Source: Pelagibacteraceae bacterium (GTDB lineage Bacteria > Pseudomonadota > Alphaproteobacteria > HIMB59 > GCA-002718135). Taken from it: 64,000 nucleotides of DNA. This document shows, in pieces, positions 35,253 to 48,368 of this stretch (positions are counted from its first letter, which is position 1; every line of letters begins with the position of its first letter). The stretch is from contig JAGFWP010000010.1 of NCBI GenBank assembly GCA_017639935.1, forward strand, positions 11,213 to 75,212. The letters run 5' to 3'. Under the pieces are notes generated by a model that did no database searches, was not told where the DNA came from, and saw only the letters and a program-made list of their open reading frames with translations. Made by a program: the position numbers and the translations under genes.

Positions 35253-36215
35253 ATGCAATACGATACAATTCCAGGATTAGAAAAAAAAATATCTAAGTTG
35301 ATTATGGGCAATGATAATCAGACAGATTACGATAGCGCCGCTGAATTATGGGATCACTGGATTAGCGTTGGAGGAAATGCTTTTGATAATGCATTTATGT
35401 ATGGTGAGGGTTCAATGGAGAAGCTTCTTGGGCGATGGCATACGGCAAGAAATAACAGAGATGACTTAATAATAATAGCCAAGGGCGCACACACACCAAA
35501 CTGTGATCCAAACAGTTTGTCTGAACAACTAACGATTTCATTGGATCGGTTGCAGATTGATCAGGCTGACATTTACATAATGCATAGGGACAATATCGAA
35601 GTTCCCGTTAGTGAATTTATGGATGTTTTGAATAAAGAAAAAGAAAAAGGACGTATAAAAATTTTTGGAGGATCCAACTGGAGTTTGCAAAGATTCATTG
35701 AAGCGAATGATTGGGCAAAAAAAAATGAAAAAGAAGAGATGGCTGTATTAAATAATAATTTAGCCCTTTCAAAGATGATCAATCCTTTATGGCAAGGATG
35801 CGTTTCCTCTAATGATGCTGCAATTCTTGAACATCTACGCACCTCCCAAAAAGCTCATCTTTCCTGGTCCAGTCAAGGAAGGGGATATTTTTTACCCGAA
35901 AAAATTCGACAATCAATTGAAGATAAAATTACTAAAGATGAATCCTCTTGGAGACAACCAGGGGAAAAAAGCAGCGGTCCGATCAGTTGTTTTAACAGCC
36001 CTGATAACAGAATAAGACGTCAAAGAGCGGAGGATTTAGCAAAAGATCTTAATTTTACAACACAAAATATAGCCACTGCTTGGACGCTAAACCAGCCTTT
36101 TCCATCTTTTTCTTTAATTGGGCCTAGAAAAATAAACGAAATAGATTCAACACTTCCATGTCTAAATGTTTCTTTGACTAGTGATAAGATGCAATATTTA
36201 AATCTTTTGGATTAA
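35253..36215 (+). CDS. aldo/keto reductase family protein
   Basis: NAFDNAFMYGEGSMEKLLGRW, with the layout and length typical of AKRs. Confidence 0.8.
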   Translation: MQYDTIPGLEKKISKLIMGNDNQTDYDSAAELWDHWISVGGNAFDNAFMYGEGSMEKLLGRWHTARNNRDDLIIIAKGAHTPNCDPNSLSEQLTISLDRLQIDQADIYIMHRDNIEVPVSEFMDVLNKEKEKGRIKIFGGSNWSLQRFIEANDWAKKNEKEEMAVLNNNLALSKMINPLWQGCVSSNDAAILEHLRTSQKAHLSWSSQGRGYFLPEKIRQSIEDKITKDESSWRQPGEKSSGPISCFNSPDNRIRRQRAEDLAKDLNFTTQNIATAWTLNQPFPSFSLIGPRKINEIDSTLPCLNVSLTSDKMQYLNLLD

Positions 36216-36222
36216 AAGATAA

Positions 36223-36237
36223 CGTGGTTGGTGGTAG
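36223..36237 (+). repeat. partial copy of repeat 'B' (CGTGGTTGGTGGTAGA)
   Basis: Shares the G-rich core with 2538-2553. It lies in the convergent gap between the AKR gene and the LacI gene. If active as a promoter it would read antisense into the regulator gene. Confidence 0.3.
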
Positions 36238-36276
36238 ATTATATATATTTGTTTGTTAAAATATTATAGGTTTGAG

Positions 36277-37311
36277 TTATTTCACTAAAGGTCCATCGCT
36301 TTTACCTTCATGAAGTATAGGTTCAATTAATTTACAAACTTCATCAGGATGGTAACCATTTTCAATTTTCTTTAAAATATTAACTGAATCTATTCCCATT
36401 TGAGAAAGCGGATGACTGATGTAGGTAAGATTTTGTGAACTTAAATAATTATCGTAGTCATTATATCCAACAAGGGAAATATCTTTGCCTATATTTAATT
36501 TTTGATTCTTACATTCTAACAGACAGCCGATTAAGAGTTTATCAAGTGAACAAATAATTGCGGTGGGAGGATCCTTGAGATTCAAAAGAACTTTTGTGAG
36601 TTTAACGCCATTATCAGTTAAACTTAATAATGAATCTTGATAATAATCTTTATTTAATGGAATATTGTTTTCTTTTAAGATACGTTCGTAAGTTATCTTA
36701 CGTTGATATCCGTAATTAAAACTTTGATGAACATTGATAAGTGCGATTTTTCTATGACCAAATTTAATTAATCTATCAGCTATTATTTCAATACTTTTTT
36801 CATTATCCATATCAATCCAAGCATATCCTTTTTCATTTTTTTCTCTCCCCCAAGAAATAAAATTGATGTTATTTTTTTTTAACATAGCTATTCTTGGATC
36901 ATTCTTCTTTGTTCTGTAAAAAATAAATTTATCTGCCTGATTTGATCTTATTAATTTTTCATAGTAATCAATTTCATCTTTTTCACGTAAGGTAAACTTT
37001 ACAATTAGTTCAGTATTACTATCTTTAATTCCCTTTGATATACCCGCGAGAAATTCTAACAATACAAAGTCAGGAGCTTTTGGTTCGATAGTTGCTATAA
37101 AAGCTATTGTATCCGATCTTTTTGAAGCTAGTCGTCTAGCAAAGGGATCAGGGGTATAATTAAATTTCCTTGCAGCTTTGAAAATTCTTTCTGTTGTTTT
37201 TTTTGAAATATTTTTGTGACCATTTAGCGCTCTGGAAACAGAGCTTACAGATAGGTTAAGTTTTTTGGCCAGATCAGTAATACTTATCTTTTTTCTTGTT
37301 GAATATGGCAT
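36277..37311 (-). CDS. LacI-family transcriptional repressor
   Basis: N-terminal HTH ITDLAKKLNLSVSSVSRALNG plus a periplasmic-binding-protein-like effector domain. Confidence 0.92.
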   Translation of the reverse strand: MPYSTRKKISITDLAKKLNLSVSSVSRALNGHKNISKKTTERIFKAARKFNYTPDPFARRLASKRSDTIAFIATIEPKAPDFVLLEFLAGISKGIKDSNTELIVKFTLREKDEIDYYEKLIRSNQADKFIFYRTKKNDPRIAMLKKNNINFISWGREKNEKGYAWIDMDNEKSIEIIADRLIKFGHRKIALINVHQSFNYGYQRKITYERILKENNIPLNKDYYQDSLLSLTDNGVKLTKVLLNLKDPPTAIICSLDKLLIGCLLECKNQKLNIGKDISLVGYNDYDNYLSSQNLTYISHPLSQMGIDSVNILKKIENGYHPDEVCKLIEPILHEGKSDGPLVK

Positions 37312-37358
37312 TTTTATAAATTATCCCAATTATATAAGTATTATTTTATACAATATTA

Positions 37359-37381
37359 TTGACAAGTAAAACGTTTTATTA
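37359..37381 (+). promoter_or_regulatory. promoter/LacI-type operator, copy 4 of 4 (divergent region between the regulator and the methyltransferase operon)
   Basis: Identical 23-mer with palindrome at 37367-37378. It starts 48 bp upstream of the regulator start codon, so autoregulation is likely. Confidence 0.75.
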
Positions 37382-37547
37382 GTTAATCGTATTACTAATA
37401 ATTAATCTTTATAATATTAAGTATAATTTATATTGTAATTTTTTTGGGAGGAAATTAGCCTCGGTTTGTTTATCTTAATGATAGCAATTATTTTATTACA
37501 AATTTATCAAGGAATAAAAAAACAACAAGCAAAATAATTTCTAAGAT

Positions 37548-38330
37548 ATGAGTATAACAGATGAAGGGCATTACGGACCAAAACAGCTAAATTTACTAAA
37601 GACTGTATGGGGTGAAGGATTTCTTTCACCAGGCGGAACAGATGAAATAGATGAAGTTATGAAAGGGATTGATGCTTCGGGTAAAACTGTTCTTGATATC
37701 GGTTGCGGATGTGGCGGAGCAGCCATACATCTTATCAAAAATCATGGTGCAAAATCAGTATTGGGAATTGATACTGAATCATTGGTTATTCAACGCGCTG
37801 AAGAACTTACGGAAAAGTATGATCTTTCCAGTCTTGCGCATTTCCGCTGTGTCAAACCCGGACCTCTTGATGTTCCAGATGAGTCAGTTGATCTTGTGTT
37901 TAGCAAGGAGGTATTTCTTCATATTTCAGATAAAGATGATCTATTAAAAGACATTTATCGAGTACTCAAGCCCGGTGGCTTGGTTGCTGCAAGTGATTGG
38001 ATGCGAATCGATGATAATCCTCCTTCGATGCAAATGCAGGAATATATCGCAGCCGAGGGGCTTGATATGTACATGTGTTCACTTAAACGTTATGAGCAAG
38101 TATTAAAGAAAGCTGGTTTTATTGATATTGTTATTAAAGACCGTAACGCATGGTATCTTGGTAAAGCAAAAAAAGAACTTGCGGATATTGAAGGTCCTCT
38201 CAATAAACAAGTCATCGACGCTATCGGCCCAGAAGAAACGGTTGGAGCCATCGATATTTGGAAAAAATTAATTGGAGTCCTTGAAATTGGAGAACATCGT
38301 CCAGGACTTTTTAAAGCTGTTAAAAAATAA
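37548..38330 (+). CDS. class I SAM-dependent methyltransferase, phosphoethanolamine N-methyltransferase-like
   Basis: VWGEGFLSPGG...VLDIGCGCGG...GIDTE...DLVFSKEVFLHISDKDDLLKDIYRVLKPGG...AGF..V...DRN follows the PEAMT-type pattern. The subfamily call is from memory. Confidence 0.8.
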   Translation: MSITDEGHYGPKQLNLLKTVWGEGFLSPGGTDEIDEVMKGIDASGKTVLDIGCGCGGAAIHLIKNHGAKSVLGIDTESLVIQRAEELTEKYDLSSLAHFRCVKPGPLDVPDESVDLVFSKEVFLHISDKDDLLKDIYRVLKPGGLVAASDWMRIDDNPPSMQMQEYIAAEGLDMYMCSLKRYEQVLKKAGFIDIVIKDRNAWYLGKAKKELADIEGPLNKQVIDAIGPEETVGAIDIWKKLIGVLEIGEHRPGLFKAVKK

Positions 38331-38337
38331 AATGATC

Positions 38338-38368
38338 CTCAATATTCATCGTGGTTGTTGGTAGGATA
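38338..38368 (+). promoter_or_regulatory. repeat 'B', copy 3 (CTCAATATTCATCGTGGTTGTTGGTAGGATA), 3 nt before ATGATG of the GFA gene
   Basis: 28 of 31 positions match the island copies. The TAGGAT -10 lies 4 nt upstream of ATG 38372, implying a leaderless transcript. Confidence 0.45.
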
Positions 38369-38371
38369 GTA

Positions 38372-38782
38372 ATGATGCGAAAAAAAATATCTTCTAAAAT
38401 TGCTAAATGCCTATGCGGTGGAATTAAAATAAAGGTAAAGGAAAAACTCCGCCATGTTGTTAATTGTCATTGCTCGCAGTGTATGAAAACACATGGAAAT
38501 TATGCCGCCTATACGGCGTGTCTTGAAGACGATGTCATCTTCATTAATAAAAAAACTCTGAAATGGTTTAAGTCATCTAATATTGCAAAAAGAGGTTTTT
38601 GCTCTGTTTGCGGCGCAAGCATGTTTTATAAACGGCTGAAGAGTAGAAATATTAGTATTGCAGCTGGGATGTTTTCTAATCCCACCAAACTGAAGACTCA
38701 TTCCAATATCTTTATAAAAGGTAAATTGGATTATTATAGATTGGATTCAAGAATGCCTAAATTTGACAAGAGAAGCAAATGA
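38372..38782 (+). CDS. GFA/CENP-V family zinc protein (glutathione-dependent formaldehyde-activating enzyme-like)
   Basis: Cys pattern CLCGG...CHCSQC...CSVCG. ATG 38372 is preferred over GTG 38351, which lies inside the repeat. Confidence 0.8.
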   Translation: MMRKKISSKIAKCLCGGIKIKVKEKLRHVVNCHCSQCMKTHGNYAAYTACLEDDVIFINKKTLKWFKSSNIAKRGFCSVCGASMFYKRLKSRNISIAAGMFSNPTKLKTHSNIFIKGKLDYYRLDSRMPKFDKRSK

Positions 38783-38836
38783 ACAATTTGAGTTATATTT
38801 TGATCGTTTTCAGGAGGAGGAGAAAGTCAAAATGGT

Positions 38837-39454
38837 TTAATTAGTTATTATTGAATAACTAGATTCATTTTGTGATCTTAAAACAACATTTAATTCATTT
38901 AATTTTTGATCAACTTTTTTTAGCATCGAATTGAATTCAGAGCGCTTTGTTACAACCAAGGAAATATCAGCCACTATCAGATCAATGACAAAATAACGAT
39001 CTTTAGATTTCTTCACGCGCCACGTAACAAGCAGATTTCCCGTGTCATTATGTATTTCCATATCAATCATACTTACTTTGTTTTTTTCATCATATTTGGA
39101 ATTAATCAGTACATATTCCTGATAAGAATATCCTTGCATTATGGAGGCTATATTGAGAGCAAGATGTCTTTTAAAGAGTTTTACATACTCTTTTTTGGTC
39201 TCTTTTGAGGCGGAAAACCACGATTTCCCTGCCACGAATTTTGATATTCCAGCGCCTGCAAAATTATTATTGATTGAATCTTCAATAAGATTGAATCGAT
39301 CCACTTTAGAAACTGATGTATCTTTGTAGGCATCAAGAATATTATCAATCTCCTTCTTTAACCAATCAGACGCCTCATCAGCTAGCAATGGCGTGGCATT
39401 CAACAAAAAAATAAAAAAAATTTTGTATAGAAAGTTCATGCTATTCAAATTCAA
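38837..39454 (-). CDS. mlaC: MlaC/Ttg2D-like periplasmic phospholipid-binding protein
   Basis: Signal peptide, ~200 aa, and pairing with mlaA by a 14-nt overlap. Confidence 0.7.
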   Translation of the reverse strand: MNLNSMNFLYKIFFIFLLNATPLLADEASDWLKKEIDNILDAYKDTSVSKVDRFNLIEDSINNNFAGAGISKFVAGKSWFSASKETKKEYVKLFKRHLALNIASIMQGYSYQEYVLINSKYDEKNKVSMIDMEIHNDTGNLLVTWRVKKSKDRYFVIDLIVADISLVVTKRSEFNSMLKKVDQKLNELNVVLRSQNESSYSIITN

Positions 39455-40226
39455 CGCTTATTAGCGGAAGCGGGGTTAACTCACTATCATCTATGTTTTG
39501 AATCGCAGCTTTTCTGTTTTGGTAATAGGAGCTTCTAACAGCTGCGTAATAATCAACTGAATTATTGCGCAAGGCGTTCACTTCAGCAATAATTTTTGAT
39601 CTTTTATCAACTGCGTTGGTGGCCGTCCTCAGAGGCACAACCCAACCTTCTCCTTCTCTAACGGCATACGCGTTAAAAGGATCTGTTGAGTATGTAAGAA
39701 ACAACCCCGCGGAGTCGCGTAAATTTGAAGGTCCAAAAATTGGAAGTACAACGTAAAAACCATCTCCAACACCCCATATAGCGAGAGTTTGACCATAATC
39801 CTCCTCTTTTTCTTCCAAGCCAATTTTATCTGCAACATCCACCAAACCCAAAACACCAGCTGTCGTGTTAACAACAAAACGACCCGTTGTTTCAGCAGCG
39901 TTTTTTCCTTGTCCTTGCAGCAACTGATTCACAACCACCAAGGGTGCTCGCAAGTTGCTTAGAAAATTATTAATTCCCGATTGAATTGGTGATGGCAGTT
40001 TTCTATATCCTTTTGCTACCGGCTCTAATATTATTTTATCAGCCACATTATTAAAGCCGAAGATGACGCGATTTATTGGCTCTATGGGATCGAAGATTTC
40101 ATCTTCATTATACGTAGTTTCAAAATCACTTGAAGTGGTTGTAACTTTATCCGCCTCATCACTTAATACTGAAAAATTAATAAAAACAGTGAAAAGTATT
40201 ATTAATAAAGATTTTATATTTATCAT
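39441..40226 (-). CDS. mlaA: MlaA/VacJ outer-membrane lipoprotein
   Basis: DPIEPINRVIFGFNNVADKIILEPVAKGYRKLPSPIQSGINNFLSNLRAPLVVVNQLLQG is the VacJ signature. Confidence 0.88.
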   Translation of the reverse strand: MINIKSLLIILFTVFINFSVLSDEADKVTTTSSDFETTYNEDEIFDPIEPINRVIFGFNNVADKIILEPVAKGYRKLPSPIQSGINNFLSNLRAPLVVVNQLLQGQGKNAAETTGRFVVNTTAGVLGLVDVADKIGLEEKEEDYGQTLAIWGVGDGFYVVLPIFGPSNLRDSAGLFLTYSTDPFNAYAVREGEGWVVPLRTATNAVDKRSKIIAEVNALRNNSVDYYAAVRSSYYQNRKAAIQNIDDSELTPLPLISVEFE

Positions 40227-40288
40227 AAAAAATAATGATTTAATGTAAGACTATATATTACAATATTGTGATAAATACATAACAAAAA

Positions 40289-45357
<5,069 letters not shown>

Positions 45358-45393
45358 ATAAAAGTTGTATATATTGATTATGTTATAATTTGA

Positions 45394-46149
45394 ATGAAAT
45401 TTATTGAGAAATATAAATCACTTAGTTTTGGCATAAGAAAGAAAGATTCTTCTTTAAATTATATAATAATTCATTACTCAGCGATAAAAAGCTACAAAGA
45501 AGCTTTAAGCTATTTGTCTGAAAGAAAGAACAAAGTTAGCTCACATTTTTTTATTAATAAATCTGGCGAAATCTTTTATTTAGTTGATCTCAAAAACAGA
45601 GCCTGGCATGCTGGCAGATCTTATTGGAAAGGAATAATTGATATAAATTCGGAATCTATTGGCATAGAGATGGATAATTCTGGTCATCATTATGATTTTG
45701 AAAATTATAATCCAAAACAGATAAAATCATTAATTCGATTATTAAAGTATATTTCAAAAAGATTTAATATTAATAAACAAAATGTTTTAGGTCATTCTGA
45801 TATTTCTCCTTATAGAAAAATTGATCCGGGAGAGAGATTTCCATGGAAAAAACTTAATAAAAATAATCTATCCTTTCTTCCAAATAAGTTGCTTAGAAAT
45901 AAAAAAAATAAAATTGAAAGATATTTGGAAAAAAAAATAGATAATCGAAACAAAAAATACAGATTATTATATATGCTCAATAAAATTGGGTATGATATTA
46001 GGGCTGCGAAAAAAGATAAAAAAAAATATTATATGCTAATTAAAGCCTACCAGATGCATTACAGACAAAGTCTGGTATCTGGAAAATTAGACTTAGAGAC
46101 TTACAATTTAATACTTTCGCACTACAATGAAGTATTGACCAAAGGTTAA
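45394..46149 (+). CDS. N-acetylmuramoyl-L-alanine amidase (Amidase_2/AmpD-like) with C-terminal PG-binding-like region
   Basis: IIHYSA...SSHFFINKSGEIFYLVDLKNRAWHAG...NSESIGIEMDN...LGHSDISP. Confidence 0.85.
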   Translation: MKFIEKYKSLSFGIRKKDSSLNYIIIHYSAIKSYKEALSYLSERKNKVSSHFFINKSGEIFYLVDLKNRAWHAGRSYWKGIIDINSESIGIEMDNSGHHYDFENYNPKQIKSLIRLLKYISKRFNINKQNVLGHSDISPYRKIDPGERFPWKKLNKNNLSFLPNKLLRNKKNKIERYLEKKIDNRNKKYRLLYMLNKIGYDIRAAKKDKKKYYMLIKAYQMHYRQSLVSGKLDLETYNLILSHYNEVLTKG

Positions 46150-46171
46150 TTTTCTAATAATTGCCAATATC

Positions 46172-46511
46172 AGATGGTGCGATGATCGCTTGAGCAATCA
46201 AGAGGAAAGTCCGGGCTCCTCTGGAAAATAAAACCAGGTAACTCCTGGCAGACGTAAGTCTAGGGAAAGTGCAACAGAAAATACACCGCCCGATAGGGTA
46301 AGGGTGAAATGGTAAGGTAAAAGCTTACCGCATGACTGGTAACAGTTGTGGCAAGGCAAACCCTTTTAGGAGTAAGGCCAAATAGGAATAACAATTAATT
46401 TCCAGTTAAGTTATTCGGGTAGGCTGCTTGAAACAAATGGAGACATTTGTTCTAGATTAATGATCATCAAATTTAGCAATAAATTTACAGAACCCGGCTT
46501 ATGCACCATCT
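46172..46511 (+). ncRNA. rnpB: RNase P RNA, bacterial type A
   Basis: P1 pairing AGATGGTGC...GCACCATCT, universally conserved GAGGAAAGTCCGGGCTCC, and ACAGAACCCGGCTTAT near the 3' end. Confidence 0.93.
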
Positions 46512-46555
46512 GTTGCAGGAACATAATAAGAACATTAAATAAAATGGATTCATTA

Positions 46556-46590
46556 CCCATTGACGCCCATATTATCCCATGTTAACCCAT
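46556..46590. promoter_or_regulatory. array of four CCCAT (= ATGGG) repeats at exact 10-bp spacing upstream of mraZ: candidate MraZ operator
   Basis: CCCAT at 46556, 46566, 46576 and 46586, ending ~20 bp upstream of the mraZ start. Confidence 0.55.
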
Positions 46591-46611
46591 TAATGAAAAT
46601 AGCGCAATTAA

Positions 46612-47085
46612 ATGAACTTGTTTGTATCTCAATTTTTTAACAAAATAGATAAAAAGGGAAGAGTGTCACTTCCTTCGCAATTTAGAAATACTTTACCAAA
46701 AAAGAGCAACAATGAGATAATATTATTTAAGTCATTGAAATTCAAATCTATCGAAGGATGTAGCAGTGAAAGAATTGATAAAATAGCAGATAAAATAGAA
46801 GAACTTGATATTTTTTCAGATGATCAGGATGATTTTGCAACATCTATTTTTTCTGAAATTATACCAACAAAATTAGATAAAGAAGGTCGTTTTCTAATTC
46901 CTGAAAATTTAAAATTGTATTCAAATATATCCAATGAAGTTACATTTATTGGTCAAGGTCATTATTTTCAAATATGGGAACCCCAGGCTGCAACCGAAAG
47001 ACAAAAAAAATCAAGAGAGAGATTGGTCAGAGAAAAAAGGACCCTTGGTTCAATCTTAACATCATCAAGGAATAAAAATGGTTAA
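46612..47085 (+). CDS. mraZ: transcriptional regulator MraZ
   Basis: Two DxxGR repeats (DKKGRVSLP, DKEGRFLIP). First gene of the dcw cluster. Confidence 0.93.
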   Translation: MNLFVSQFFNKIDKKGRVSLPSQFRNTLPKKSNNEIILFKSLKFKSIEGCSSERIDKIADKIEELDIFSDDQDDFATSIFSEIIPTKLDKEGRFLIPENLKLYSNISNEVTFIGQGHYFQIWEPQAATERQKKSRERLVREKRTLGSILTSSRNKNG

Positions 47086-48028
47086 TATCAATATTCACGA
47101 ACCAGTAATGTTAGAAGAGGTAAAAAAATTTATTCCTGTTACAAAAAAAATTAATATTATTGATGCTACGTTTGGCGGAGGAGGATATTCAAAAGCTCTA
47201 CTAGAAGAATATAATGTCAATCAATTAATTGCTATCGATAGAGATCCAATAACTGAAGTTATTGCGAGAGATTTAAGTAAAAGATACAAAAATTTTAAAA
47301 TTATAAATGGCTGTTTTAGTAAAATAGATGAACTGATATATTCTAATTGTACAAACAAAACAAAAAAATTTGATATTATAATTTTTGATTTAGGACTTTC
47401 TTCTAATCAGATAAATGATCCAAAAAGAGGTTTTTCTTTTATGAAAGAGGGGCCTCTTGATATGGATATGGGCGGTTCAAAGGTTAGAGCTTCTGAAATA
47501 ATCAATAATTTTTCAGAAAGAAAATTAGCTGATATTTTTTTTGAATTAGGAGAAGAGAAATATGCAAAACGAATTGCGAGGAATATCGTTAAACAGAGAA
47601 AGATTAAATTAATTAACAACACAAAAAAATTATCAGAATTAATCAAAGAGTCGATACCAAAAACTAATTCAAAAAAAACAAAAATCAACCCTGCAACAAA
47701 AACATTTCAAGCTTTAAGAATATATGTCAATGATGAATTAAATGAGCTAAAAAAAGCTCTTGGTAAGTCAAGTCAGTTACTTAACAAAGAAGGTAAATTA
47801 ATTGTAGTTTCCTTCCAAAGTCTAGAAGATAGAATTGTGAAGGATTTTTTTAACCACAACAGTGGTAAACGATGGCGTTCCTCCCGCCACTATCCGGAGT
47901 TAGCTGATATGGGTCCAATCACCTTTAAATTAATCACCAAAAAACCAATTAGACCTCAAGAGTGGGAAATTCAAAAAAATCCCCGCTCACGTTCAGCTAA
48001 GCTCCGGGTAGTACAAAAGATAAACTAA
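47078..48028 (+). CDS. rsmH: 16S rRNA (cytosine1402-N4)-methyltransferase RsmH (MraW)
   Basis: HEPVMLEEV, DATFGGGGYS, DLGLSS and FQSLEDRIVK. Confidence 0.95.
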   Translation: MVNINIHEPVMLEEVKKFIPVTKKINIIDATFGGGGYSKALLEEYNVNQLIAIDRDPITEVIARDLSKRYKNFKIINGCFSKIDELIYSNCTNKTKKFDIIIFDLGLSSNQINDPKRGFSFMKEGPLDMDMGGSKVRASEIINNFSERKLADIFFELGEEKYAKRIARNIVKQRKIKLINNTKKLSELIKESIPKTNSKKTKINPATKTFQALRIYVNDELNELKKALGKSSQLLNKEGKLIVVSFQSLEDRIVKDFFNHNSGKRWRSSRHYPELADMGPITFKLITKKPIRPQEWEIQKNPRSRSAKLRVVQKIN

Positions 48029-48029
48029 A

Positions 48030-48347
48030 ATGAAATATTTTACCGCAATAGCAACTTTATTAGGTCTTAATTTAATTTCAGTTATTACTCTTATATATTT
48101 TAGCGGCATTTCAAAGGAAATTGAGAAAGAAAATAAAATATTAGAAATGCAAATTTCAAAATTTAGTAAACAATTAAAGATTAATAAAGTTGAGTTTACC
48201 CTTCATAGTCGGCCCTCTTATCTCAAAAAATTACAAAAAATTTATTTTGATACTGATAATGTGGATTCATTTGAAAACACTCGAATAAAATTAATAGATT
48301 TTGAAAAAAAAGATTTAAGAAATATATATATGGTTAGTTCAAATTAG
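48030..48347 (+). CDS. ftsL: cell division protein FtsL-like (single TM)
   Basis: Position between rsmH and ftsI, with one N-terminal TM segment plus a coiled-coil-like region. Confidence 0.65.
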   Translation: MKYFTAIATLLGLNLISVITLIYFSGISKEIEKENKILEMQISKFSKQLKINKVEFTLHSRPSYLKKLQKIYFDTDNVDSFENTRIKLIDFEKKDLRNIYMVSSN

Positions 48348-48368
48348 ACAAAAATTAAATATTAAATA

